Of a DNA stretch of 64,000 nucleotides, positions 21,269 through 30,417 are shown piece by piece. The DNA lies in NCBI GenBank assembly GCA_963668625.2, contig CAXXKA010000006.1:800001-864000 (forward strand), written 5' to 3'. This stretch comes from an uncultured candidate division Zixibacteria bacterium. GTDB taxonomy: Bacteria; Zixibacteria; MSB-5A5; UBA10806; 4484-95. A model generated the notes under the pieces. That model was not told the DNA's origin and made no database searches. It worked only from the letters and a program-made list of their open reading frames with translations. A program made the translations under genes and the position numbers. Numbering within the stretch: position 1 is the stretch's first letter; every line of letters starts with the position of its first letter.

Positions 21269-22150
21269 ATGGGGGAGGATTTGAAAGTGGCGCACCCGGA
21301 TAAAGAAAAACTTAGAGCCTACGTAGATGGCTACCTCGATAAGTTATCCACAGATGATATCATCGAGCATGTTGAGGTGTGCGAGTTCTGCGGGGAGTAT
21401 TGTGAGGAGTATCGTATGCTCTCGGATTCGATCTCAGCCGCCATGTCGATGCCGCTGCCTGAAAATGCGGTTAAATCGGCTAATAGAATTTATGAGAGTA
21501 CTTTTACAGGCAAAATTATTATGCTGAATCTCATGTCTGTAAATGATAATAGCCGCGGGATGGATTATGTTCTAGCCGCGGATGGCAATATAAAAAGCGA
21601 ACTGCCGATTCAAAATATCGCCACGCTTTTCTCCGAGGACCCTGATATCGTTCTGCAGTTGATTCGTGATCATAATAATGACTCGGATTATCTGCAGGTT
21701 ATCAGCGAAAATATCGATTTATGTTCATTCGTGATGGTACATGCTCTGGAGCTGGGCAAGGAATATATCACCGATATAAATGGCAGGGCCGCGATAGAGG
21801 ATAGGCTATCGAAAGAATATATCGATTCCAAGTGGCAGATTAGACTACCTGATTCAGTGTTTGATTTGAAGGCGCTCGAGTACGATCCAGAAAAAACAGT
21901 TTCCCGTGATATGACAGTTATCGAGAATGAAAGCGGCGATAAGATAGAGATAAATCTTCTTAAAAAAACCGTGGGCTTACAATTAGATATTCGTATTGTC
22001 GAGTTTGCTGATGGCCAAAAATACGAGGAATTAAGAATATTAGTTTCTCAAAAAGGTTCAGCTAATGTTCTCCCGATAAGCCAGGGCAAAACGGTCTCAT
22101 TTCCACTTACCTCACCGGAGGAAATAATAAGTGTCAGGATATTCGCTTAA
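21269..22150 (+). CDS. Zinc-finger (ZAS/zf-HC2) anti-sigma-like protein, soluble
   Basis: HP...LRAYVDG...IIEHVEVCEFC gives HxxxCxxC; no TM segment; internal YVLAA. The real start may be TTG 21281 or GTG 21287 after GGAGG. Confidence 0.7.
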   Translation: MGEDLKVAHPDKEKLRAYVDGYLDKLSTDDIIEHVEVCEFCGEYCEEYRMLSDSISAAMSMPLPENAVKSANRIYESTFTGKIIMLNLMSVNDNSRGMDYVLAADGNIKSELPIQNIATLFSEDPDIVLQLIRDHNNDSDYLQVISENIDLCSFVMVHALELGKEYITDINGRAAIEDRLSKEYIDSKWQIRLPDSVFDLKALEYDPEKTVSRDMTVIENESGDKIEINLLKKTVGLQLDIRIVEFADGQKYEELRILVSQKGSANVLPISQGKTVSFPLTSPEEIISVRIFA

Positions 22151-24444
22151 TGGCAAAATCTCCAGTAGCATTCGCCCGGGAATATACCCGGTTACTATCA
22201 GATATAAATAATGCTCCGTATGACGAGCGCAAAATTAACCTCCTTATAGATTTCTGGCCAGTTATTGAGCCTCATATAAATTCAATAGCATATCAAAGCT
22301 ATGTTGATGAGTACTGCTCCAGACTCAGTTTCCTGGTAAGCGAGAACTCGTTATATGATTTTAATCTCGATGAGTTGCATGAATTATCGATGGTGGTAAA
22401 CGCGCTTACAGGTAATGAGCATCTCGATAAACTGAAGGCTCGTGTCGTATATTTTAAGCTGATAACCATGCTCTTCTATATTGGTGATATACAAAACGCG
22501 ATAAAGAGCTGTTACAATTTATTAGAAATTGGTGATGCTGGTATCCCCGAGGAAAGTAACCTGCAATCGGTTGATTCTTTTATGCAACTTGAAAAGCTGG
22601 TTGAGTATTATTCTGACAGTAATAAAAGACTGGGGGAGATTCTCGGCGAGATTCATGAGAGATGGAAAGCCGAGCGGGAATGTGTCAATAACGATCGCGC
22701 GGTATGCCTGTTTGTCGAGAAGGATGGTAGAGGCGATAGTATCCGCGGCAGGATGAGAATACTCAAGGGACGAGTGGAACGAAACGATACGTCTAATTCT
22801 GGTGATGTAGACACTGTCACATTCGATAATCAAGCCAGGTCGCCGGATGATCCATTCATCGGTGTTGCTTATGAGTCGTTACAAGCTGTCAGGAAAACTC
22901 TGGCCATACAAAAGTTATCAAGCAAAAAAGATATATCCTATCGGGCTTATTTTCATATTGAAAACAGCGACCATATATTCACCGGCGATTCGATCGGGGT
23001 GGCAATGGGATTAATTTCCTATACGCAGCTTATCAAGGATGATATAGCCAGGCGGGAGAGATATATTGCCAACGAGGTAGCCTTGACCGGCGGGGTAGAT
23101 AACGAGGGGAATCTATTACCGGTTAATGAGGCTACTCTCGCTTATAAATTGAAACGGGCGTTTTTCTCACCGGTGAAATACGTTCTTGTACCGGACTCCT
23201 GTCTTGTTGTCGCGCGCGAAAGCCTGGCTGAGTCAGCGAAGCTTTATCCGAACCGTCAGATGACACTGATTGGCTGTAACTCACTATATGATGTCATAAG
23301 GGATTACAACATACTCCGCGCGGAAAAAGTATGTATGAGTCGGTATATAACCAGGTATGTGGTCAAATACAGCAGGGTCACGAAGATCCAGGTGCCGCTG
23401 CTGTTGTTATTGATTTATGGTATGCTGTGTTTGATATATCCCAAGGCGTGGGTGGGATTTGATAGGAATCCCTGGTATGTCAACCAATTAAAGTCAGGTT
23501 TTGAGGTATTTAATGCTGATTCTTTACGGCTGTGGAGTATAGATTATGGGCGTGATCTCTGCTGGGTTAAGGAATTAATTGAGCTAGATGATTTAGATAA
23601 TGATAGCTATAACGAAGTGGTTGTTGTTCCCAATGAAAGCACTGCTGTGGAAGATAACGCGCATTTATTCGTATATGACAGTAATGGCAATTTGCTTTTT
23701 GAGAGAAACTGCGGTATAGAAGGCCAGTATCCTGGCGATGAGTCAATTTCCCCGCAATTTGTCAGCGCTTATTTTAATGTGTTGAATCTTGGCGATAGAA
23801 ATATCATTCTTACCAAGGCGTTCAGGTCATACCCGGCAAGGCACCATTTGAAATTATGGGATATTGATAGTGATTCTATTGGCTGGTACATAAACGCAGG
23901 AACTACCGCCTCTAAATCAGGCACCATAGTTTATGATAATAATAAATTAATGATGATTGGTGATAACAACCGAATGATGAGAGGTGCTTTGTTTGTTTTA
24001 TTAATTGACTCTTGCTATGGAGTGTCACCGCCTTACGAGGATGACTATTACGATTTAAGCTGGGTCAAAAGGGGAAATCAGCTTTGTTATATCGTATTCC
24101 CTAATACTGATATAGAGGAGTTGATAGGTTCGCCATACAACACACCGGTATCGATGACAATTGATAAAGACAATACAGTTTTGGTCGATGTTTGCTCGAA
24201 CTCATGGGAAATGAATGAACATAAAGCAGTCATTAGTTATTGGGTAGATAGTAGTTTTCGAGTAGTCGGTGCCAGTGCAAGCGATGCATTTAAAAAGCGG
24301 CGCAATGAGCTTGTTGTCGATGGCAAGCTTGAGCCGGTTGAATTGCATCAATACTGTGAGGAATTATTAGATTCGGTGCTTTATTGGACAGATTCAGGCT
24401 GGGTAAGCGAGGCTCAGCTTCGGCTTGCAGAAAATCCGCAATAG
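22150..24444 (+). CDS. Membrane-anchored Lon-type (S16) protease-domain protein with extracytoplasmic C-terminal domain
   Basis: TGDSIG (Ser281) ... VALTGGVDNEGNLLPV..TLAYK (Lys333) matches Lon DGPSAG...AMTGEI...G.VLPIGG.KEK. TM helix at ~aa 415-437; FG-GAP-like DLDNDSYNEVVV after it; no Walker A motif seen. Confidence 0.7.
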   Translation: MAKSPVAFAREYTRLLSDINNAPYDERKINLLIDFWPVIEPHINSIAYQSYVDEYCSRLSFLVSENSLYDFNLDELHELSMVVNALTGNEHLDKLKARVVYFKLITMLFYIGDIQNAIKSCYNLLEIGDAGIPEESNLQSVDSFMQLEKLVEYYSDSNKRLGEILGEIHERWKAERECVNNDRAVCLFVEKDGRGDSIRGRMRILKGRVERNDTSNSGDVDTVTFDNQARSPDDPFIGVAYESLQAVRKTLAIQKLSSKKDISYRAYFHIENSDHIFTGDSIGVAMGLISYTQLIKDDIARRERYIANEVALTGGVDNEGNLLPVNEATLAYKLKRAFFSPVKYVLVPDSCLVVARESLAESAKLYPNRQMTLIGCNSLYDVIRDYNILRAEKVCMSRYITRYVVKYSRVTKIQVPLLLLLIYGMLCLIYPKAWVGFDRNPWYVNQLKSGFEVFNADSLRLWSIDYGRDLCWVKELIELDDLDNDSYNEVVVVPNESTAVEDNAHLFVYDSNGNLLFERNCGIEGQYPGDESISPQFVSAYFNVLNLGDRNIILTKAFRSYPARHHLKLWDIDSDSIGWYINAGTTASKSGTIVYDNNKLMMIGDNNRMMRGALFVLLIDSCYGVSPPYEDDYYDLSWVKRGNQLCYIVFPNTDIEELIGSPYNTPVSMTIDKDNTVLVDVCSNSWEMNEHKAVISYWVDSSFRVVGASASDAFKKRRNELVVDGKLEPVELHQYCEELLDSVLYWTDSGWVSEAQLRLAENPQ

Positions 24445-24448
24445 TATT

Positions 24449-24476
24449 TTCTACAAATTTCATCTTTAGCAGCTAT
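24449..24476 (+). promoter_or_regulatory. Bipartite motif TTCTACAAAT-N10-GCAGCTAT (copy 2), upstream of the C10 protease
   Basis: Identical blocks and spacing to 21232-21259. Confidence 0.55.
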
Positions 24477-24540
24477 TAGTAATATAGAGAAACAAGATAA
24501 GGTAGCTTAAATCGTGATAACTAAATTATAGGGAGATGTC

Positions 24541-27500
24541 ATGAAAAAATCAATAATTCTAACAATAGTTATATTGTTTAATTTTGCGATGCTATTCGCT
24601 GGTGAAGTTACGATAAATACCGCAATAAATGTAGCAGATAACTGGCTTTATTTCCACAGTAAAAATCTTGAAAACAGTTGGAATCAATCACAAAATCCTC
24701 TTATAGGTGATTATAAAGCTTTAGTATCGGGAAACGATACTTTAGCTTATGTATTTTTTGTTAATCCGACTGGATATATCTTAGTTGCGAAATTTAGTGA
24801 AATTGTGCCCGTTGTAGCATATTCCACTACTGAGCAATTAGAAACTAGTGGCGATTATAGTTTTGCAAGAGTATTAAAAGATGATATGCTAAAGAGAAAC
24901 AAATTAGTTGAAAATTATCTTTCTGGGAAAATCGTTCTTGATGATAGTCCCAATGGGACGCATGCTGTTGAAATAAATCGGGGGAAATGGAATTTATGGT
25001 CATTAGATGCTTATACGTTTGCAAATATTTACAATGACTACATTCCTTGCAATATCATGGATGTTGGTCCTTTGTTAGAAAGCGAATGGCATCAAAGTGA
25101 GCCATACTATGACCTATGTCCTGTTGGTAATGATGGAGGGCAATGCGTAGTTGGTTGTGTAGCAACAGCAACTGCTCAAATCATGCGGTATTGGCAATGG
25201 CCACCTTCTGGAAATGGTTCACATACATATTACTGGCGCGGTGATGGCAGTGCTCCGGGATGTAATCTCATCGGCGATTTCACCGATCCCTATAATTGGT
25301 CAAATATTCTGCTTGATTACTCTGAAGGGTATAATGATGATCAAGCTTTGGCAGTAGCTGAGTTATGCTATGAAGTGGGCGTTGGTTATGAAATGGATTA
25401 CCATGTCGGTGGTTCTGGAGCATTTACAAGCCATTGTGTTTCTGTGTTACCTGCTTATTTTAGATATGCTAATGAAATAGATCAAGAAAGCAGACCTGAC
25501 CATACAGCCGAAAGTTGGTTTAACATGATCAAAGCAGAGCTTGATTTAGCGAGACCGTTACTTTATAGGATTTACCAAACAGGCTGGGGTGGTCATGCAA
25601 TTGTATGTGATGGATGGAGAAATTCCGGCGGTGAAAATCAACTACATTTTAATTATGGCTGGGCCGATGGTCATAATACTTGGTACTCGGTTGATAACCT
25701 ATATCCCGGTTCACCGGAAAATGATCGATGTTATCTCGGTATAGTCCCAGCTTTTGAGGATGATAGATCAATTACATTATTATCCCCGAACGGCGGCGAT
25801 ACCGTATTTAATGGTAGAACAGAGCATATTACATGGGAATTTGAAGGCAATGTTGGGGATACAGTTATAATAGATCTTTGGAAGGGCGGGAGTTTCCGGT
25901 GTAATCTCGATACGGCCAGAAATATAACATGGGCAAGTTGTTATATTCCGACAAACTTGCCCGAAGATTCCGACTACAAGGTAAGGATTTCTTCCCTTGA
26001 CAATTCAGTTATCGATTTGAGCGATGCGAATTTTTTAATTATTGAGCCGCTTCCCACAGAGTTAGATACAATTCGAATATCTAATGCCTCCCAACTCCAG
26101 CAGATTGGCAGTGACGACCAACATCCGCGGAACGGATACTACGTACTGATGAATGATATAGACGCTGGCGTAATTCCAAATTGGCAACCCATTGGTCAAG
26201 ATTATCAGCATTATTTTCGAGGAACCCTTGATGGTCAAGGATTTAAAGTGTACGACCTTCAAATCGATCGCCGCTCTCAATCGTATATAGGTTTATTTTC
26301 TGTACTTATGGATAATGCTGTAGTGAAGAACCTTACAGTAGCTGATGATGGAATATATGGCTGGGGATCGGTAGGAGCCCTTGCCGGTGAATGCGCGGGA
26401 ACAGTAGTTAACTGCCATGCTTATATAGATGATCTTGAAAGTAAGGGAGGCGATAATACAGGAGGTTTGATTGGCGAAATAACTAACACTGGTAGAATTA
26501 TCAATTGCTCTGTAAGTTCATTGAATGACGGTGATGTAGAAGCGGACTCAACGGACACTAGCCCTGACTATATCGGTGGTTTTGCCGGAACCAATTCTGG
26601 CCAAATCAAATGGTGCTGGTCGGATATTACCGTTGATGGAGATCGTAGTGATTGTGAGGCTGATGGAGTTAGTGGACTTGTTGGGCAAAATGTGGGCTCA
26701 ATAATAGAATGCTATGTTAATAACCCATTAGTTGATGGCCATAATCAGGTCGGAGGTATCGCTGGTTTTCATTATTCTAATGGCTCTATAAGTAATTGTC
26801 TTGATGAGGCTCGTGTAATTTCAGATTATGCCGCCGGAGGGATTGCTGGGGAGACTGGGGGAGCATCAACTATTGATTGTTGTTTGGCAAATGGTTTTGT
26901 ACAAGGAGGTTGCCCCGGAGCGCTTGTCGGCGAACACTATGCAACAGCATCCAATTCTTTTTGGAACCGTGATAGAACAGGTATTGACCAAGTTACCTGT
27001 AATGATGGAGGTACTGTCATCAATTGTCATAGTATAAACGATACAGAAGCCAAACTCCAAGCTACCTATACTTCACAATATAGTACTAATTGGGATTTTT
27101 CTAATGTTTGGGCTATTAATAACGGCGTTAGCTATCCAAGGTTGAGAGGAATAGGGCCCATGCTTCAATCCCCGACTGGACTTTTGGCTTCTCAAGATCA
27201 ATCGGACGGTGTACATTTATCATGGAGCCATAGAACTTATCTTGTTCCTAATCCGGGGGGAGATTCACTTGGTCCATACAATGCAGTTTATCGGGTTTTT
27301 CGCTCAACGATACCGAATGCAAACCCGCCTGAAACCGAATTGACATCCGGGTGGCAAACAGGCATTACATTTCTTGATGTCACTGCTCTTTCTGGAACAA
27401 GTTACTATTATTACATAAAAGCCGCAGCGACTTTCAATGGTGCCCGTGAAAGTGGGTATAGTAGCTATGTACAAGGCCAACGTATTTTTGAATCACTTTC

Positions 27501-28077
27501 TGCTCCAACCAGTGTTTATGCCAGTGATGGTCTAGATAACGAGATTTATATTCGCTGTAACAACGTTCCTAATGCCAATTATTATTGTGCTTTCAGGGCA
27601 AACTCTATAGGTGGAACAAAAACACCATTGGGAAACTGGCAGGAAACCCCATCTTTTCTAGATACGCCTCCGCTTCCTGACACAATATATTATTATTGGA
27701 TAAAGGCGGCTGTTGATAATTCCGGCGGGAGAGAGAGTGACTATGGCGGCCCTGATAGCGGTTATTATGAAGTAATGGTCGATGTCAAGGATGATGAAGA
27801 GTATCTTATTCCTGATGCTTTTTCTATCGGGCAAAATTATCCCAATCCCTTCAATGCAAGTACAATAATAGAATATGCATTACCTCAAGCCTCAGATGTC
27901 TCCATTAAAATCTATGATGTTTTGGGACGTAAGGTTAAAAACCTTGTAAATGAGTACAAACAAGCCGGTATGCACCAAGCTGTATTTAACGCTAGTGACC
28001 TCAGTTCAGGAATATATTTTTATCGAATAGAGGTTGGCAAGTTTACTGAATCTAAAAAGTTGTTGCTGGTAAAATGA
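24541..28077 (+). CDS. Secreted C10-family (streptopain-like) cysteine peptidase with Spi-like prodomain, GLUG-like repeats, FN3-like domains and T9SS-type CTD
   Basis: WHQSEPY, CVVGCVATATAQIMRYW (catalytic Cys), GGHAIVCDG (His), HFNYGW; FRGTLDGQG..V.DL and VGGIAG repeats; QNYPNPFN tail. Confidence 0.88.
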   Translation: MKKSIILTIVILFNFAMLFAGEVTINTAINVADNWLYFHSKNLENSWNQSQNPLIGDYKALVSGNDTLAYVFFVNPTGYILVAKFSEIVPVVAYSTTEQLETSGDYSFARVLKDDMLKRNKLVENYLSGKIVLDDSPNGTHAVEINRGKWNLWSLDAYTFANIYNDYIPCNIMDVGPLLESEWHQSEPYYDLCPVGNDGGQCVVGCVATATAQIMRYWQWPPSGNGSHTYYWRGDGSAPGCNLIGDFTDPYNWSNILLDYSEGYNDDQALAVAELCYEVGVGYEMDYHVGGSGAFTSHCVSVLPAYFRYANEIDQESRPDHTAESWFNMIKAELDLARPLLYRIYQTGWGGHAIVCDGWRNSGGENQLHFNYGWADGHNTWYSVDNLYPGSPENDRCYLGIVPAFEDDRSITLLSPNGGDTVFNGRTEHITWEFEGNVGDTVIIDLWKGGSFRCNLDTARNITWASCYIPTNLPEDSDYKVRISSLDNSVIDLSDANFLIIEPLPTELDTIRISNASQLQQIGSDDQHPRNGYYVLMNDIDAGVIPNWQPIGQDYQHYFRGTLDGQGFKVYDLQIDRRSQSYIGLFSVLMDNAVVKNLTVADDGIYGWGSVGALAGECAGTVVNCHAYIDDLESKGGDNTGGLIGEITNTGRIINCSVSSLNDGDVEADSTDTSPDYIGGFAGTNSGQIKWCWSDITVDGDRSDCEADGVSGLVGQNVGSIIECYVNNPLVDGHNQVGGIAGFHYSNGSISNCLDEARVISDYAAGGIAGETGGASTIDCCLANGFVQGGCPGALVGEHYATASNSFWNRDRTGIDQVTCNDGGTVINCHSINDTEAKLQATYTSQYSTNWDFSNVWAINNGVSYPRLRGIGPMLQSPTGLLASQDQSDGVHLSWSHRTYLVPNPGGDSLGPYNAVYRVFRSTIPNANPPETELTSGWQTGITFLDVTALSGTSYYYYIKAAATFNGARESGYSSYVQGQRIFESLSAPTSVYASDGLDNEIYIRCNNVPNANYYCAFRANSIGGTKTPLGNWQETPSFLDTPPLPDTIYYYWIKAAVDNSGGRESDYGGPDSGYYEVMVDVKDDEEYLIPDAFSIGQNYPNPFNASTIIEYALPQASDVSIKIYDVLGRKVKNLVNEYKQAGMHQAVFNASDLSSGIYFYRIEVGKFTESKKLLLVK

Positions 28078-28112
28078 TAGATAATACTTAGCACACCAAC
28101 CACAGGGGCAAA

Positions 28113-28147
28113 GCCGGGGATATCATTTCGATACCCCGGCTTTTTTC
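28113..28147 (+). terminator. Intrinsic terminator (possibly bidirectional)
   Basis: GCCGGGG..TATC/GATA..CCCCGGC hairpin + TTTTTT, preceded by AAA. Confidence 0.75.
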
Positions 28148-28151
28148 ATTA

Positions 28152-29042
28152 CTATAGATGATCTCCCGGTGAATATTTGCGATGGCTCATTCTCAGGCCC
28201 TCTAAATTTAACACCTGGTTGATGTAACGTTGGGTGGTGCCCAGATCGGAGTGGCCGAGGAGAATTTGCAGATGTTGGGCCGGCATCCCGGAGCGGGCGA
28301 GGAAAGTGGCCGCGCTGTGACGTAAAAGATGCGGGTTTGTTTTAGAGCCGATCTTCTTTCCGAGCCGCCCGAGGATCCTGTGAAATATGCGTTTGCCAAC
28401 CTGGTTGCCCTCTTTCGTGCAGAACAACCATTCGGATTGGTTGACGCCTCTAATCTCCAGGTATTTGAGGATCGCTAGTTTCGATTTGTGGCCAATCGGT
28501 ACGAACCTGTCTTTTTCGCCTTTGCCTATTATATGGATTGAGTTTTTCCTGTAATCAATATCCTCAAGGGTGATCGAGACAGTCTCGTTAAGACGGATAG
28601 CCGTGTCCCACATCAGGAGAATCATCGATTTTGTTCGCTGGACGTAAAACTCATCACCTTTGATAGCCTCGAGCAGCAGTTTAATCTTATGCGGCCCTAA
28701 TACCGGTTTGAGTTTTTTGGGTTCATTCATCAGGGATAAACCGCGCATGATATTCTCGCTGATATACCCCTCTTTATGGAGAAAGGTGAAAAAGGCTTTT
28801 ACCACACGTATGTAATGGTTGACACTGGCAGGCGCTAATCCCGTCTCTTTTTTCATCAGGACGAGCCTTTTGATTGCGTTACGATGGGCTTTTGATAAAT
28901 CGCCTAATTGATTTTGCATTTCATTTAGATGCCACCTGTAGTCATTAATAGTTGACCGCGAAAGACCCCGAAATTGGCAATCTTCGAGAAATAGAATAGT
29001 GGTGTCATAGGTCGCTTGATTAGTAAACATAAAGACCTCCAT
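28152..29042 (-). CDS. Tyrosine recombinase/integrase (XerC/D-like)
   Basis: DTAIRLNE (R), GKGEKDR (K), PHLLRHS (HxxR), LGHSDLGTTQRY (H, Y). Confidence 0.9.
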   Translation of the reverse strand: MEVFMFTNQATYDTTILFLEDCQFRGLSRSTINDYRWHLNEMQNQLGDLSKAHRNAIKRLVLMKKETGLAPASVNHYIRVVKAFFTFLHKEGYISENIMRGLSLMNEPKKLKPVLGPHKIKLLLEAIKGDEFYVQRTKSMILLMWDTAIRLNETVSITLEDIDYRKNSIHIIGKGEKDRFVPIGHKSKLAILKYLEIRGVNQSEWLFCTKEGNQVGKRIFHRILGRLGKKIGSKTNPHLLRHSAATFLARSGMPAQHLQILLGHSDLGTTQRYINQVLNLEGLRMSHRKYSPGDHL

Positions 29043-29061
29043 GAGGTTAGGGTTAATTATG

Positions 29062-29114
29062 GAGTATCTTGACTACGGATCAGAAGGTTGGGGGTTCAAC
29101 TCCTCCTGGGCGTA
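29062..29114 (+). other. 3' fragment of tRNA-Arg(ACG), probable integration (att) site
   Basis: TGA-CTACGGA-TCA anticodon loop, AGGTT variable loop, GGGGGTTCAACTCCTCC T-arm, TGGGCGTA acceptor 3' strand. No matching 5' acceptor strand or D-arm upstream. Confidence 0.8.
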
Positions 29115-29125
29115 GTTAACTATTT

Positions 29126-29166
29126 AACGGACAATGAGTTACAGAAACTTATTGTCCGTTTTTTTA
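29126..29166 (+). terminator. Terminator downstream of tRNA fragment
   Basis: AACGGACAATGAGTT-acaga-AACTTATTGTCCGTT + T-run. Confidence 0.7.
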
Positions 29167-29197
29167 TGGCCAGAAACCATGAAAAGAGCGTCTGACT

Positions 29198-29958
29198 ATG
29201 AAATGTCATTTTAAAGAGTTAGTTAGCATTGTCGATGATGTTAATATGAAAGGGGCCTTAAAATTATTCGAATATCACATTCGAACCAAGAATCTATCCC
29301 CTAAAACAATATCTGTTTATGGCGAAAGGTTGGGGTATTTCTATCGCTTTTTGAAAAAGAATCGCTTGCCGTTTGAGTCAGTATCAAAGAGCACGATCCA
29401 GGAGTATATTTTATTCCAAAAAGACCGCGGCCTGGCAGATATCTCTATAAATGGCCAGGTAAAAGTATTGAAGATATTTTTCAAGTTCCTCTTAGAGGAA
29501 GGAATGGTAGAGGAAGACCCGGCAGAGAAGATAGATTTGCTTAAAACAGAGAAGCGGATCAAACCGATTATATCAGAAGAAGAGATAGAGAAACTGTTAT
29601 CTGTCCCTGATAAAAAGACCTATACTGGAATGAGGAATTTCTGTATGATTATTGTTTTCTATGATACGTTGGTAAGATTAAGCGAGCTTATAAATATCAA
29701 AATTAAAGATATCGACCTGGATAGCGGGACAATTCTTATCTTCGGTAAAGGACGTAAAGAACGCATTGTACCCATAGGCACCAAGACTATTAAGTATATC
29801 TACAAATTCCTAATGAATCACAGGCGTGATATAAACGGCGACTATCTGTTTTGCACAATGCAGGGAAGACCGTTAGATCATAGAAACGTGCTGAGGATTC
29901 TTCAGAGAATTGGTGATAAAGTAAATGTGCATGTTAGCCCACACTTAATTAGGCACAG
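29198..29958 (+). pseudogene. Tyrosine integrase truncated just after the HxxRHS motif by IS insertion
   Basis: DTLVRLSE, GKGRKER, SPHLIRHS, then IS-derived sequence; lacks LGH...Y. Confidence 0.85.
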
Positions 29959-30045
29959 TGTATCTTGTCAGAGCCTACCGTGCCATTTTGGCATTTGAGT
30001 TAAGAGATGGTTTTGGTTAGCTTAACCTGATGAAAGGAGCTGGCC

Positions 30046-30417
30046 ATGACTAAAGACAACAATCATAATCCGGAATCTGTAGTGCGGGAGATTCGCCGTA
30101 AAACCATGAAGAAGTATTCCTCTGAGGAGAAGATTCGTATTGTTTTGGAGGGTTTGAAGGGGGAGGAAAGCATCGCCGCGATTTGCCGAAGAGAGGGTAT
30201 TGTGCCGAATCTCTACTATCGCTGGAGTAAGGATTTTTTAGAGGCAGGTAAGAAACGATTGCAGGGAGATACGGTTCGGGAGGCTAACAGCGCTGAGGTA
30301 AACGGTATAAAGCAGGAGAACGATCAGTTGAAGCAGCTGGCAGCTGAGTTGTTGCTGAAGAATCGGGTGCTCAAAAAAAGCTTGAATGGTTTGGAGTCAG
30401 GCTTGGGCGGTGTATGA
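30046..30417 (+). CDS. Transposase OrfA (HTH)
   Basis: KYSSEEKIRIVLEGLKGEESIAAICRREGI..NLYYRW; A7G slippery site near 30373. Confidence 0.85.
   Translation: MTKDNNHNPESVVREIRRKTMKKYSSEEKIRIVLEGLKGEESIAAICRREGIVPNLYYRWSKDFLEAGKKRLQGDTVREANSAEVNGIKQENDQLKQLAAELLLKNRVLKKSLNGLESGLGGV

Noticed and set aside
29041-29114. Intact tRNA-Arg gene
   Set aside because: The 5' acceptor strand and D-arm are absent, so it is recorded as an att fragment.
28152-29958. Integrases acting as a shufflon invertase for the propeller array
   Set aside because: All array copies are in the same orientation with no inverted recombination sites, and the tRNA att fragment explains the integrases.
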